Shown here: piece after piece, positions 44,512 through 55,911 of the stretch
How the letters are laid out: every line of letters begins with the position of its first letter
Position numbering within the stretch: the first letter of the stretch is position 1
Translations under genes and position numbers: made by a program
The notes under the pieces: generated by a model
Database searches by the model: none
Told to the model about the DNA's origin: nothing
The model's input: the letters and a program-made list of their open reading frames with translations, nothing else
Origin: Candidatus Atelocyanobacterium thalassae
GTDB taxonomy: Bacteria > Cyanobacteriota > Cyanobacteriia > Cyanobacteriales > Microcystaceae
Direction of reading: 5' to 3'
Length of the DNA: 64,000 bases
Assembly (NCBI GenBank): GCA_051971635.1
Contig: JBFPLN010000006.1
Location: forward strand, 74,669-138,668

Positions 44512-45009
44512 ATGTTTTCTACACCTATCACGTTAACTAAATATGTATTAAAAGCATTAAGACTTACTTTACCTATTATTGTTGGTATACTTACAATAAA
44601 AGTCAGTTCACATGAGACTTTTGCTCAAACACCTGCTCTTAATAATCCTTTAACTGTTCGCTCTGACATCCAAGAAGCAAACTCTGAAACTGGTGTTGTA
44701 ACAGCTAGAGGTAATGTTCAATTTTTTTACCCTGCCCGTAAAATTCAAGGAACATCTGCTCAAGCTCAATACTTTAGCCGAGAACGACGTTTAGTTTTGA
44801 CGGGTAACGTTTATATTCTTCAAGAAGGAAATAGTATGAGATCTGAAACTATGACGTATTTGATTGATGAAGGAAGATTTATTGCAACTCCAGAATCAAC
44901 TCAACAAGTAGAATCAATATATTTAGTTACTGAAACTGAAAATAGTATTCCACAAATGACTCCAGTGAATCCATCTTCTCAGATGGATTCAACTTTCCCA
45001 AACTTCTGA
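44512..45009 (+). CDS. lptA: LptA/OstA-family LPS transport periplasmic protein
   Basis: Signal peptide, SDIQEANS..GVVTARGNV, LTGNVYILQEGN; upstream of lptB. Confidence 0.85.
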   Translation: MFSTPITLTKYVLKALRLTLPIIVGILTIKVSSHETFAQTPALNNPLTVRSDIQEANSETGVVTARGNVQFFYPARKIQGTSAQAQYFSRERRLVLTGNVYILQEGNSMRSETMTYLIDEGRFIATPESTQQVESIYLVTETENSIPQMTPVNPSSQMDSTFPNF

Positions 45010-45025
45010 TTTTTAAAATTTTCTT

Positions 45026-45754
45026 ATGACATTGATTTTAGAGAATATACATAAAACCTATGGAAAGCGCAATATTGTCAACCGGGTTAATATTAGAGTA
45101 GCACCTGGTGAAATTGTTGGATTACTTGGTCCTAATGGTGCAGGTAAAACTACTACCTTTTATATAGCAACAGGTTTAATTAAACCCGATAAAGGAAAAG
45201 TTTGGTTATACCAACAAGAAGTCACTTGTTTACCTTTACATAAGAGAGCACGCTTAGGTATTGGTTATATGACTCAACAGCCTAGTATTTTTAGATATCT
45301 TACTGTTCAAGAAAATATTCAAGTTGCCCTTGAACAAACCGACATTACGCTTAAACAGAGAACACAACGTCTTCATGGTTTACTTAAAGAGTTTCGTTTA
45401 GAAAAAATTGCTCATACAAAAGGATCTCAAATATCAGGGGGAGAGAGACGTAGGACAGAACTAGCCCGTTCTTTAGCCGTGGGGGAGAAAGGACCAGATT
45501 TTTTATTATTAGATGAACCTTTTGCCGGAGTTGATCCTATTGCTGTCTCAGAAATTCAAGCTATGATTGCTCAGTTACAAGAACGTCGAATGGGAATACT
45601 TATTACCGATCATAATGTACGTGAAACTCTTGCAATAACTAATCGAGCCTATATCATGCGTGATGGTCAAATTCTAGCAGCTGGAAGTGCTGAAGAGCTA
45701 TATAGTAATTCTTTAGTACGACAATATTACTTAGGAGAAAACTTCCAAATCTAA
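45026..45754 (+). CDS. lptB: LPS export ABC ATP-binding protein
   Basis: GPNGAGKTT, SGGERRR, DEPFAGVDPI, ITDHNVRETL, YYLGENF. Confidence 0.95.
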   Translation: MTLILENIHKTYGKRNIVNRVNIRVAPGEIVGLLGPNGAGKTTTFYIATGLIKPDKGKVWLYQQEVTCLPLHKRARLGIGYMTQQPSIFRYLTVQENIQVALEQTDITLKQRTQRLHGLLKEFRLEKIAHTKGSQISGGERRRTELARSLAVGEKGPDFLLLDEPFAGVDPIAVSEIQAMIAQLQERRMGILITDHNVRETLAITNRAYIMRDGQILAAGSAEELYSNSLVRQYYLGENFQI

Positions 45755-45805
45755 AATCACATCAGAATTATAGATATTGGTTAAGTAAATTACCTTAAAA
45801 CCAGA

Positions 45806-46954
45806 ATGAAAATAAAGATTCCTAGCTTATCAGTTGTAGATCGTTATTTATTTTTAGAACTATTATCACCTTTCCTCTTTGGAATGGGAATATTCACTTC
45901 CTTGGGCCTATCTATTGGAACTTTGTTTGATTTAGTACGCCGAGTAACAGAATCAGGATTAGTTTTAACAGTTGCTTTCCAGATCTTATTACTAAAGATC
46001 CCAGGATTTTTAAGTTTAGCTTTTCCTATGGCTATACTACTAGCAGCTTTAATGGCTTATAGTCGTTTGTCTAGTGATAGTGAGATTATTGCTTTACGTA
46101 GTTTAGGTGTGGGAATATATCGCTTAGTGGTTCCTGTAATTATTTTTGGTTTTATGGTGACAGGATGTGCATTTATAGTGAATGACTGGATAGCTCCTGC
46201 TGCGACTCATAAGGCAGCGATAATTTTAGAAGAAGCTGTTAATCAAAAACGTCCTGATTTTAAAAGGCATAATATTGTTTATCCAGAATATAAAACCGTT
46301 AAAGGTAAAAATGGACAAGAATCTACTATGTTAACTCGATTATTTCATGCTGAAGAATATAATGGAGAAGAAATGAAAGGTTTAACCATCTTAGATAGAA
46401 CGCAAGAAGGTGTAAATCAAATTGTTACTTCTGAATCTGCAACTTGGAATATCTCAAGTAACACATGGGACTTCTTTAACGGTACTATTTATCTTATTGC
46501 TCCAGACGGTTCATATCGTAATATAGTACGTTTTCAGCATCAACAACTAGCATTACCCAAAGCTCCTTTAGATTTAGCAGATCGTAGACAGAATTTTACT
46601 GAAATGACCATATCAGAGACCAGAGAATATCTTAAGGCAGTTCAATTTAGTGGTAACGAAAAGCGTATTAGAAAAGTTAAGGTACGTTTACAAGAAAAAT
46701 ATGCTATGCCTTTTGTTTGTTTAATTTTTGGCCTAGTTGGTGCTTCTGTTGGAGTAAGACCTCAGAATACTAATAGAGCAACAAGTTTTGGTGTATGTGT
46801 AGGATTAATCTTTGGATACTATATTCTTGCTTTTATGAGTACTTCGTTAGGTATCTGGGGTATCCTCACTCCTTTTTTAGGGGCGTGGTTACCTAACATT
46901 CTTGGGCTAGGCGCAGGTAGCTTGTTATTAGTTCAGTCAGCAAATCTAAAATAA
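45806..46954 (+). CDS. LptF/LptG-family permease
   Basis: DRYL, SRLSSDSEIIALRSLG, GAWLPN; follows lptB. Confidence 0.92.
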   Translation: MKIKIPSLSVVDRYLFLELLSPFLFGMGIFTSLGLSIGTLFDLVRRVTESGLVLTVAFQILLLKIPGFLSLAFPMAILLAALMAYSRLSSDSEIIALRSLGVGIYRLVVPVIIFGFMVTGCAFIVNDWIAPAATHKAAIILEEAVNQKRPDFKRHNIVYPEYKTVKGKNGQESTMLTRLFHAEEYNGEEMKGLTILDRTQEGVNQIVTSESATWNISSNTWDFFNGTIYLIAPDGSYRNIVRFQHQQLALPKAPLDLADRRQNFTEMTISETREYLKAVQFSGNEKRIRKVKVRLQEKYAMPFVCLIFGLVGASVGVRPQNTNRATSFGVCVGLIFGYYILAFMSTSLGIWGILTPFLGAWLPNILGLGAGSLLLVQSANLK

Positions 46955-46959
46955 TTAAT

Positions 46960-47757
46960 ATGTCCAAAACACTAATACTAAATATTGGCTGGCTATATCC
47001 TAATTTAATGAGTACATATGGTGATAGGGGCAATGTCATTTGTTTACAACGACGTTGCCAATGGAGAAATATATTGGTTAACATTATTCCTCTTGACCAA
47101 AAGAGTGATATATCTGATTTTTCTAAAATTGATATCGTAGTTGGTGGAGGTGCTCAAGACCGCCAACAAGAGATTGTCATGAAAGACCTTCAAGGAGCTA
47201 AAGCAGAAATACTAAAATTTAAGTTAGATCAAGGCACTCCTGGGGTTTTTACTTGTGCTTCTCCTCAGCTTTTAGGCCATTACTATGAATCTGCTTCTGG
47301 TCAACGTATCAACGGATTAGGCTTATTGGATATAGTCACCAAGCATTCTGGGTCAAATATATCACGCTGTGTTGGTAATATGGTATTCCAAATCACAGCA
47401 TCTCCTTTAGTTCAAGATATTAAACAAATGTTAGGTGAAAATCCTGTTGTTATAGGTTTTGAAAATCATGGTGGGCGTACTTATTTAGGCAATGTTCAGC
47501 CTTTAGGAAAAATAATATTAGGATACGGAAATAATGGAGAAGACGGATATGAAGGGGTTTTATATCGTAATGCTATCGCAACTTATTCACATGGTCCACT
47601 ATTAGCTAAAAATTCATTTATTACTGATTGGCTTATGAAAACAGCATTGAAAGAAAAGTACAAAAAAGATATAACTCTGATAAATATTGATGATGATTTA
47701 GAAAACCAAGCAAGAAAAACTATTCTAAAAAAATTGAAATTATCTTCTAGTGTATAA
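46960..47757 (+). CDS. Type 1 glutamine amidotransferase, CobQ/GatD-like
   Basis: LYPNLMSTYGDRGN, GGGAQD, TCASPQLLG, GFENHGGRT, TYSHGPLL. Confidence 0.88.
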   Translation: MSKTLILNIGWLYPNLMSTYGDRGNVICLQRRCQWRNILVNIIPLDQKSDISDFSKIDIVVGGGAQDRQQEIVMKDLQGAKAEILKFKLDQGTPGVFTCASPQLLGHYYESASGQRINGLGLLDIVTKHSGSNISRCVGNMVFQITASPLVQDIKQMLGENPVVIGFENHGGRTYLGNVQPLGKIILGYGNNGEDGYEGVLYRNAIATYSHGPLLAKNSFITDWLMKTALKEKYKKDITLINIDDDLENQARKTILKKLKLSSSV

Positions 47758-47979
47758 AAATAAGTTTTATTAATTATCACTAATTTAAATTGAAAATAAG
47801 AAAATGAACAATAACCTAAAGTTCAACTTTCATCGTATTTTTAACTATAGAGTTTTATAAAGATTCTTTTCGAAGTATTTGTTACTAAGACAGTTTAGAT
47901 ATAAATTGCAAGAATCAGAAATAGCAAAATTCGCCCTATTTTTAGTTAACATAAGCTTATTCCCTTATTAGGAGAACAT

Positions 47980-49272
47980 ATGAATATCGCAGTAGTAGGC
48001 TTAAGTCATAAAACTGCTCCAGTTGAAGTTCGAGAAAAATTAAGTATTCAAGAAACTAAAGTTGAAGAAGCAATAATTCATTTACGAAGCTATCCGCATA
48101 TAGAAGAAGTAGCCGTCATTAGTACTTGTAATCGTTTAGAAGTTTATGCAGTCTTAACTGATACAGAAAAAGGAGTTATTGAAATTATTCAATTTCTTTC
48201 TGAAACTAGTCACATACCTTTGGGTTATCTTAGACGTCATCTTTTTATATTGCTTTATCAAGATGCAGTTCGTCATTTATTTAGAGTAGCTGCAGGATTA
48301 GAAAGCTTGGTTTTGGGAGAAGGACAAATCTTAGCTCAAGTGAAGACTACTTACAAGTTAGCTCAAAAATATAAAGGTATTGGTAGATTGCTAGATCGTT
48401 TGTTTAAACAAGCAATTACTGCTGGCAAAAGAGTTCGTAGTCAAACTAATATAGGTACTGGAGCTGTATCAATAAGTTCTGCTGCAGTAGAATTATCCAT
48501 AACCAAAGTCAGTGATTTAACAAACAAACAAGTTACAGTTGTTGGTGCAGGGAAAATGGCACGCTTATTAGTTAAACATCTTTTGGCGAAAGGTGCAGTA
48601 TCTATTAATGTTGTTAATCGTTCTAGACTTCGAGCAGAAGAATTGGCAAAAAAGTTTCCTACAGCTGAGCTAACTTTAGTACCTTTTGAAGAAATGATGA
48701 CAGCTGTAAAAAATTCACATATTATTTTTACTAGTACAGCAGCTAGTCAACCAATCTTACATCGTGAAAATCTTCGAGAAGTTGTATCTACGCAAGAAAA
48801 ATTGATGCTATTCGATATTTCTGTTCCTCGCAATGTAGCCACAAATGTACAAGAAATGGAGCTTGTAGAGGTTTATAATGTAGACGATTTAAAAGCAGTA
48901 GTGGCAAAAAATCATTCTAGTCGTCGTCAGATGGCATTAGAAGCGGAAAAACTACTCGAAGAAGAATTGGGAACTTTTGAATTGTGGTGGCATTCGCTAG
49001 AAGCAGTTCCAACGATCAGCTGCTTAAGGACTAAAATTGAGGGTATTAGAGAACAAGAACTGGAAAAGGCTTTATCTCGCTTAGGGGTTGAATTTGCGGA
49101 AAAACATCAAGAAGTAGTTGAAGCTTTAACAAGAGGAATAGTAAATAAAATTCTGCATGAGCCAATGGTTCAGCTACGCGCACAACAAGATATTGAAGCT
49201 AGACAAAGATGTTTGCAATCTTTACAAATGTTATTCGATCTGGAAATTGAAATAGAAAAACAATTTAGTTGA
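47980..49272 (+). CDS. hemA: Glutamyl-tRNA reductase
   Basis: [49 protein letters not shown]. Confidence 0.98.
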   Translation: MNIAVVGLSHKTAPVEVREKLSIQETKVEEAIIHLRSYPHIEEVAVISTCNRLEVYAVLTDTEKGVIEIIQFLSETSHIPLGYLRRHLFILLYQDAVRHLFRVAAGLESLVLGEGQILAQVKTTYKLAQKYKGIGRLLDRLFKQAITAGKRVRSQTNIGTGAVSISSAAVELSITKVSDLTNKQVTVVGAGKMARLLVKHLLAKGAVSINVVNRSRLRAEELAKKFPTAELTLVPFEEMMTAVKNSHIIFTSTAASQPILHRENLREVVSTQEKLMLFDISVPRNVATNVQEMELVEVYNVDDLKAVVAKNHSSRRQMALEAEKLLEEELGTFELWWHSLEAVPTISCLRTKIEGIREQELEKALSRLGVEFAEKHQEVVEALTRGIVNKILHEPMVQLRAQQDIEARQRCLQSLQMLFDLEIEIEKQFS

Positions 49273-49413
49273 ATATAAAATATAGTCATTCATGGTAAAA
49301 CAATATTAAATTCAGTTAATACTTTAGGTCTGCTAGTTTTTTAAAATATCTTTCCTGGCTATTTCCTATAAAAATTTTAAAGAATGTTTATTTTAATTAA
49401 TACAAATACTATC

Positions 49414-50400
49414 TTATTTTAGTCCTAATTCCCGTTTCAAAAAACTAATAGAATCTTTTTTAAGATAATATTTGGAGCACATTAGTTTAGGGAGACAAAG
49501 TAAATCATCCCTTACTGATGAGATAGCTTGTTTAACTATAGAGTAACTAGCTAGGTCACTAATAATTACTTGTGCTGATTTCACCAAAGTTAATAATTGA
49601 TTTTGGTTATTAACCTGAGCTGAGGTCAATAATATATCATTGCCTCTTAGACTGCGAATTAAGATTTCTGCTATATTGATTATTCCAGTACTTAAGCTAA
49701 CAATTCCTAATCGGGTATCTTTTGGAAGGATTTTAATAACTTCAATTTCTTCGATATAATCATGAATATCAATGGGGAGTACACGAGCTCCATGTAATGA
49801 TGCAATTGCTTCTACTTCTAGAGTAAAGTATCGACTAGTTACTACAGTTACCGATTCTTCTTCAGAGAGAATTTTAGCTAACTGTTCTATAGGTACTAAG
49901 CGAATGGGAATACTGAGAGCATCCTTTAACTCTTGTAATATTAATTTTCCTGCTCCTATATCTTGTTTTGGTACTGTAACTATGACTTGCATGCTGCAAA
50001 GTGAATACCAGTTAAAAACTTCTAAAAACAGCTTTTGGATTTCCGAAAAAGTCAATCCTTGACATAGTAGTTCATTTAAATTTTTGTGAATTAATGCGAT
50101 CTCATTAGGATACTCTATAAATTGAGGATAGTGAGATAAAAATAAATTATGGTCTATAGCTCTTTTCTTTACATATATACCAGATCCTATTACTGACTCT
50201 ACTAGGCCAATTTCCTCAAGTTGTTGATAAATTTTATTAATGGTATTGCGATGCAGTCCTGTCGTTTGTGCTAGCTGGCGAATACTTGGCAGTCGCTCCC
50301 CAGGAAGGCATTGATTAGATACAATTACAAAACGAATTTGGTTAAACAACTGCTGAGAAGCTGGAATAATACTATCAAATCTAACTTTGAATTGAATCAT
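49414..50400 (-). CDS. plmA: GntR-family regulator, cyanobacterial PlmA type
   Basis: IPASQQLFNQIRF, LPSIRQLA..TGLHRNT, GSGIYV, VVTSRYF, LKRELGL. Confidence 0.85.
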   Translation of the reverse strand: MIQFKVRFDSIIPASQQLFNQIRFVIVSNQCLPGERLPSIRQLAQTTGLHRNTINKIYQQLEEIGLVESVIGSGIYVKKRAIDHNLFLSHYPQFIEYPNEIALIHKNLNELLCQGLTFSEIQKLFLEVFNWYSLCSMQVIVTVPKQDIGAGKLILQELKDALSIPIRLVPIEQLAKILSEEESVTVVTSRYFTLEVEAIASLHGARVLPIDIHDYIEEIEVIKILPKDTRLGIVSLSTGIINIAEILIRSLRGNDILLTSAQVNNQNQLLTLVKSAQVIISDLASYSIVKQAISSVRDDLLCLPKLMCSKYYLKKDSISFLKRELGLK

Positions 50401-50671
50401 AGCTATTAAACCAAATAACTACTAGTTTTTTAACTATATTTCATCTTAAACCATTCTCATATAGTTATTCTGCTAACTAAAGATAAAGAGACTTTATACC
50501 TTTTCGTAAATATTAGACTTAAGACTTGTTACAAAAAATTATTATTTATTAGCTCTACTAAATTTATATAATTTTTATGAAAAATAAACATGATTTATTC
50601 ACGTAAAGATAACTATTGGAATTCAAAGTCTAGGATTATTAGAATTTATAAATCGGACTGATATTAATATA

Positions 50672-51223
50672 CTATGCTTTGTTTTCTTCGGAAGAACGCC
50701 TTTTTTTTGCATATAGCTGGATAGATACCATCATTAAAGTTACTAATATTACTAGTAGTAAAGTAACGAAGTTAAGTGGCAAGTTATTCTTAAATGTAAC
50801 TAATAGAACTATGGAAACTAATAAAACTGTGGGAGCTTCATTTAGCATTCTAAATTGTCTACCTGTCCATAAACAAGTATCTTGCTCTAATTGCTTTATT
50901 ATTCTTCCACAATAATAGTGATAAATCAAAAGCAATCCTACGAATAATAGTTTAACATGTAACCACCAAGATTGTAGGATAGTCGTATCTGTAGAAACTA
51001 TTCCCATTGCCATTATTAACGTTACCAGCATACCTGGAGTTGTGATTATATTATAAAGGCGCTTCTCCATTAACATATATTGAGTCTTAAGGATAGTTTT
51101 TTTTGGTTCTTGTTCCTCATTGGCTTCAGCATGATACACAAATAAACGTACTAAATAAAACAATCCAGCAAACCAAACTACAACACCAATTATGTGAAAA
51201 GCTTTAAACCAATAATATTCCAT
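50672..51223 (-). CDS. hemJ: Protoporphyrinogen IX oxidase HemJ
   Basis: WFKAFHIIGVVVWFAGLFYLVRLFVYH, MEKRL, WLHVKL, NEAPT. Confidence 0.95.
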   Translation of the reverse strand: MEYYWFKAFHIIGVVVWFAGLFYLVRLFVYHAEANEEQEPKKTILKTQYMLMEKRLYNIITTPGMLVTLIMAMGIVSTDTTILQSWWLHVKLLFVGLLLIYHYYCGRIIKQLEQDTCLWTGRQFRMLNEAPTVLLVSIVLLVTFKNNLPLNFVTLLLVILVTLMMVSIQLYAKKRRSSEENKA

Positions 51224-51589
51224 AATTTTTTAAAAATAATTGTTTAAGTAGAGGTGTTATTTATTTTTTAACTACTTGTTCAAAATTTTCAATAAGAATT
51301 AAAAATTTTTGTTTTGTTAATATGATAAGTTATAAACTACTATAACGAGGTTAAATATAAATAATAAGATTTTTATCATACTTGTTTTAGAAATAAAAAT
51401 GAGAGTATGAGGATAAAAGTGAAAACTCCAGATATAAATTTTTAGTAAAAATAAAACTTAAATTTATAATGCATCTAAAATATTGGCGTATTAACTCTTT
51501 TAAGAATCTAGAAATTACATTAACTTTAATCTAGTTGATTACAAATTAACTAGCAAACGATATCAATAAGGTCATAAGATAAAATTCAA

Positions 51590-52240
51590 ATGAAAAATAA
51601 TAGTTTTCAAAAAAGAGAGTCTATTCTAAGCTTTATACTATACCACCTCCTAAAAATTTTGATAGTCAATCCTCTTTTCCTGACTTATTTTCGTGGAAAA
51701 GTATACGGACAAGAGAATATTCCAGAAGGAAAACCAGTTATTGTAGTAAGTAATCATTCCAGTTATTTTGATCCACCTCTCCTATCCTCGTGTATGAAAA
51801 GACCAGTAGCCTTTATGGCTAAAGAAGAATTGTTTAAAGTTCCACTATTAGCACAAGCAATGCGTTTATGTGGCGCTTACCCTGTTAAAAGAGAAACTGG
51901 TGATCGTGGCGCGATTAGATCAGCATTAAATGCACTAAAGAATGGTTGGTTAGTTGGAATATTTATACAAGGAACTCGTACTCAAGACGGAAACATTAAC
52001 CATCCAAAATTAGGAGCAGCAATGATTGCTAGTAAGACTCAAGCTCTTCTATTACCTGTATCTTTATGGGGAACTCATAAAATTTTAAGGAAAGGGTTTT
52101 ATTTTCCTCTTTCTGTACCTTTAACTATTCGTATTGGGCAGCCTATACATCCACCTAAATCTAATAAACGTCAAGAATTGAAAGAAGTTACTGAACAATG
52201 TGCTATCCGAATTAATCAGTTAAATAGTTTGGGACGCTAA
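51590..52240 (+). CDS. plsC: 1-acyl-sn-glycerol-3-phosphate acyltransferase
   Basis: NHSSYFDPP (HX4D), FMAKEELF, FIQGTR. Confidence 0.92.
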   Translation: MKNNSFQKRESILSFILYHLLKILIVNPLFLTYFRGKVYGQENIPEGKPVIVVSNHSSYFDPPLLSSCMKRPVAFMAKEELFKVPLLAQAMRLCGAYPVKRETGDRGAIRSALNALKNGWLVGIFIQGTRTQDGNINHPKLGAAMIASKTQALLLPVSLWGTHKILRKGFYFPLSVPLTIRIGQPIHPPKSNKRQELKEVTEQCAIRINQLNSLGR

Positions 52241-52806
52241 TATTAATAGTTGACTACAAAGAGAATCATATGAAGATTAACAGAAGTGATATAAGCCAAA
52301 ATTTTTAACTATCTATATCTTGATATCGAAAAATTTAAATATAATTGAGAAAGATAATTACTAGCTATTTTAATAATTTCAAATCTTTAGGTAAAAAATT
52401 AAACAAGAGCTTCTAACTTTTAATTAAGAAAATAATTTTAATTTACTAGAACCATATCTAATTCATGTAATCAAAAAGAATTAACTACTATTTTGAAAAA
52501 AGAATATAGATAAAAAATTACCTAAAAATATATGAATTATATTCCAATATTTATATCATTAAATTTTGTATATTTTTCCAATATTATTGGATATTAATAT
52601 CATCAAAGCTTTAAAAAAGTTTTCTAAACTAATATTTGATTAAAACCATATCTTGATATAGAAAGATAAAAATTAAGCAGCATACTATTTTTTGTACTTA
52701 AACTTGGAAAATATACTATCTTTGAAATATTTAAACAAATATATACATAGAATATGATTACTCTTAGATACAATAAATATATTAGAAACTCAAGTAGTAT
52801 ATCCAA

Positions 52807-54393
52807 ATGAGGCAAAATTTTGCGTGGTTTGTCAGTAGTGTAACAACAGTTTTGATAGTTGTTACACCTTGCTGGGGTCTAAATAAATCAGTCAGAAAAT
52901 TAGGAATTTATGCTGATTCTTTACATAAAAAACCATATAGTCTAACTGGGCGAAAAATTGCTATTGGGCAGGTAGAAATTGGACGACCAGGAAAATTTGG
53001 TTTTGATAAAATTGTGGCTTGGAATCCTAACTTTCAATTGGCAGGTATTTATTATCAAAATAAAACTGTTAAGGCAAATAGTAATTTAGATAATCATGCT
53101 GCAATGGTTGCAGCTGTGATGGTAAGTAAAGATAAAAAATTACGAGGAGTTGCCCCTAATGCCAAACTTTATGCATCAGCCGTAGGGGCTTTGAAAGGTA
53201 GTGGTCAGCCTCAAGAATGTCTTGCTAGTCAATATATAGCAGAACAAAACGGAGGAGACTTACGAGCAATTAATTTTAGTTTTGGTGAATCCCTAGAACA
53301 AGATCATCATACAGATTATAAACTAGATGGTAGCTCTCTTTTAACACAATGCATTGATTGGTCATCACGAGTACATGATACGCTATATGTAATTGCTGGT
53401 AACCAGGGCCAAGGAGGAATTCCTATCCCTACAGATCACTACAATGGAATTACTACTGCTTATACAACTAAACAAAATGATATTTATACCAAGGTTGATT
53501 TTACTAATTTAAGTGCTCTCCCTGTAGGTATTGGACGTAGCTTAATCAAAAGAGAAATTAACTTTGGTAAAAGAAGAGCTATTAATTTAGTTGCTCCAGG
53601 AGGGAAAGTTTCAATTTATGATCTTTCAGGTACTATTCAGAAAGTTAGTGGAACTAGCTTTGCAGCACCTCATATCACTGCATCTATTGCTCTGCTGCAA
53701 GAATTTGGTGATCGCCAATTAAAACATAAAGAACCTAATTGGAGCCTAGATTCTCGCCGTCATGAAGTTAGTAAAGCTGTATTATTAAATTCTGCAGATA
53801 AACTAGAAGACAATGGTAATGGCTATTTATTAAATATGACAAGGACTATTTTAAGTAAATCACACTATAATTGGTTACAATCTGAAGCTTATCATAACCC
53901 TGAAATTCCTGTTGATATACAAATGGGTATAGGACAGTTAAATGTTTTACGAGCTTACGAACAATTTAGTGCTGGACAGTGGAAACCAAACAATCTTGTA
54001 CCATCTATAGGCTGGGATTACAACAGTGTTACTAAGAACAATAGTCAAGATTATAGTATCTCGAAGCCTTTGCATAACAATACCTATATTGCTATTACTT
54101 TAATATGGGATCGCTTGACAGAATTAAATGATAGAAACGCAAACCAAAAATATGATTTAGGAGAAAGCTTCAATAATCGAGGATTAAATAATCTTGATAT
54201 TTTTCTAATGCCTGCAAAAACTAATAATATATCTCAGAGTATTTGTGCTTCTACTAGCCGAGTTGATAATTTAGAACATATTTTTTGTGCCATTCCAAAG
54301 ACCGATCACTACAAGATACGTATAAAATATACCAATCAAGTTAATAAGCCACATCAATCATATGCTTTAGCTTGGTGGAGTGTACCGAATTAG
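52807..54393 (+). CDS. Secreted S8 (subtilisin-like) serine peptidase
   Basis: Signal peptide, HAAMVA, GVAPNA, AGN oxyanion, GTSFAAPH. Confidence 0.88.
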   Translation: MRQNFAWFVSSVTTVLIVVTPCWGLNKSVRKLGIYADSLHKKPYSLTGRKIAIGQVEIGRPGKFGFDKIVAWNPNFQLAGIYYQNKTVKANSNLDNHAAMVAAVMVSKDKKLRGVAPNAKLYASAVGALKGSGQPQECLASQYIAEQNGGDLRAINFSFGESLEQDHHTDYKLDGSSLLTQCIDWSSRVHDTLYVIAGNQGQGGIPIPTDHYNGITTAYTTKQNDIYTKVDFTNLSALPVGIGRSLIKREINFGKRRAINLVAPGGKVSIYDLSGTIQKVSGTSFAAPHITASIALLQEFGDRQLKHKEPNWSLDSRRHEVSKAVLLNSADKLEDNGNGYLLNMTRTILSKSHYNWLQSEAYHNPEIPVDIQMGIGQLNVLRAYEQFSAGQWKPNNLVPSIGWDYNSVTKNNSQDYSISKPLHNNTYIAITLIWDRLTELNDRNANQKYDLGESFNNRGLNNLDIFLMPAKTNNISQSICASTSRVDNLEHIFCAIPKTDHYKIRIKYTNQVNKPHQSYALAWWSVPN

Positions 54394-54492
54394 AAAATTA
54401 TTATACCGTTAGCATTTAGATATTAAATATCATAGAAATATCGTTGATTGTGATAAATTAGTTATTATCGACTATTTTAAGAGAAATAAGCC

Positions 54493-55140
54493 TTGGTAAG
54501 AGCACGCATTCGTCAACACGTCAATCCACTAAGCATAAAATATAAAAAGACTATTCCCTTGCCTAACTGGGACAGTATATATACCAATACAAATAATCCT
54601 CTACACTTAGATATAGGATGTGCGAGAGGCAAGTTTTTATTGAAAATGGCTCTTCTCTATCCAAACATTAATTTTTTAGGAATAGAAATTCGAGAGGCTC
54701 TAGTAATAGAAGCCAATGAAAATTGTAATGATCTTCAACTATCGAATTTACATTTTTTGTTTTGTAATATCAATACACATATTGACCTTTTATTAAAATC
54801 TTTTCAGCCAGGCATATTAAATTGTGTTAGTGTTCAATTTCCTGATCCTTGGTTTAAGCGCAGCCATCAAAAGCGACGAGTGACGCAAGCTGATTTAGTT
54901 TGTACAGTTAGTAATAACTTAAGTAATAATGGATATATTTTTCTCCAATCAGATATTCAGTCAATTACTAATGAAATGGAAGAGGAATTTATGAAAAATT
55001 CAGTTTTATACAAGCATTATGAGAAAAATTGCCTAACAAACAATTATTTCACTATTTTAACGGAGAGGGAAGCTGCTACGCTAAATAAAAATAAATCAGT
55101 TTATAGAACTTTATTACAGCCAGCATATAAATATAGCTAA
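54493..55140 (+). CDS. trmB: tRNA (guanine-N7)-methyltransferase
   Basis: RIRQHVNPL, LDIGCARG, GIEIR, FPDPWFK, TERE; TTG start. Confidence 0.95.
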   Translation: MVRARIRQHVNPLSIKYKKTIPLPNWDSIYTNTNNPLHLDIGCARGKFLLKMALLYPNINFLGIEIREALVIEANENCNDLQLSNLHFLFCNINTHIDLLLKSFQPGILNCVSVQFPDPWFKRSHQKRRVTQADLVCTVSNNLSNNGYIFLQSDIQSITNEMEEEFMKNSVLYKHYEKNCLTNNYFTILTEREAATLNKNKSVYRTLLQPAYKYS

Positions 55141-55319
55141 AAAAATACTAAATATCCTTTTTAGAGCTATAAAAGTAATATTTGTCTATAGGTTAAAGTT
55201 TTATTGATATTTCTTCTTTATTATTGAGCTGGTTAAATATAGCGAATCTAGTTTATAGTATCTAAGAAATATTAATCTCAATAATATTTCATCGTAAAGA
55301 TTAAGATAAAATAATACAA

Positions 55320-55637
55320 GTGGAAAAAGACAAATACATCTCCAAACTTTCAAAAGCTGAACAGCTAGAAGTAGAGCGAAAAAAGAATGTTATTCTTTTA
55401 GTAGAGAACCTAATGGAACGAGAAGAGATAACAATTAAAATGATAATTGACGGTCTCTATGATGTTGGTTCTGTAAATTTTGTTGATAAAAAATTTCGAT
55501 TACGTTCCGTAAATAAAATGCTAAAAATCATAGCTAGATTATCTAAACCAAGCTTTAGAGTAATAGCCTTTCATTGGGGTAAGAAAATAGCACCTGAACT
55601 TATTACTGATTGGTTACTGCAAAAAATAAAATTTTAA
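55320..55637 (+). CDS. Hypothetical protein, probably conserved in cyanobacteria
   Basis: 105-aa ORF with protein-like composition (LYDVGSVN, PELITDWL); family not identified. Confidence 0.6.
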   Translation: MEKDKYISKLSKAEQLEVERKKNVILLVENLMEREEITIKMIIDGLYDVGSVNFVDKKFRLRSVNKMLKIIARLSKPSFRVIAFHWGKKIAPELITDWLLQKIKF

Positions 55638-55911
55638 AATTTATTAGCAAATATTTTTTATTCAATCCACAGTAACACCAAAAATTTCTAAGATTTTTTA
55701 ATTTCAAGAACATGCAATATTCAAAGAATAACTCTTAAGAAAAAAATAATATGATTAATAGTTAGATTTTATTTTAATCGAGCAACGAACTATTAAGAGA
55801 CTCCTAGTTTTCTTCAATCTTTTGCTAAATATCTTATAAAATATACATAGGCTACCCGACATCTGTTAATTAAAATATCTAATTAAAACATTGTACTAGA
55901 ACTCTAAAAAA

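Noticed and set aside
52624..52815. 63-aa ORF upstream of the S8 peptidase
   Set aside because: AT-driven low-complexity translation overlapping the peptidase start
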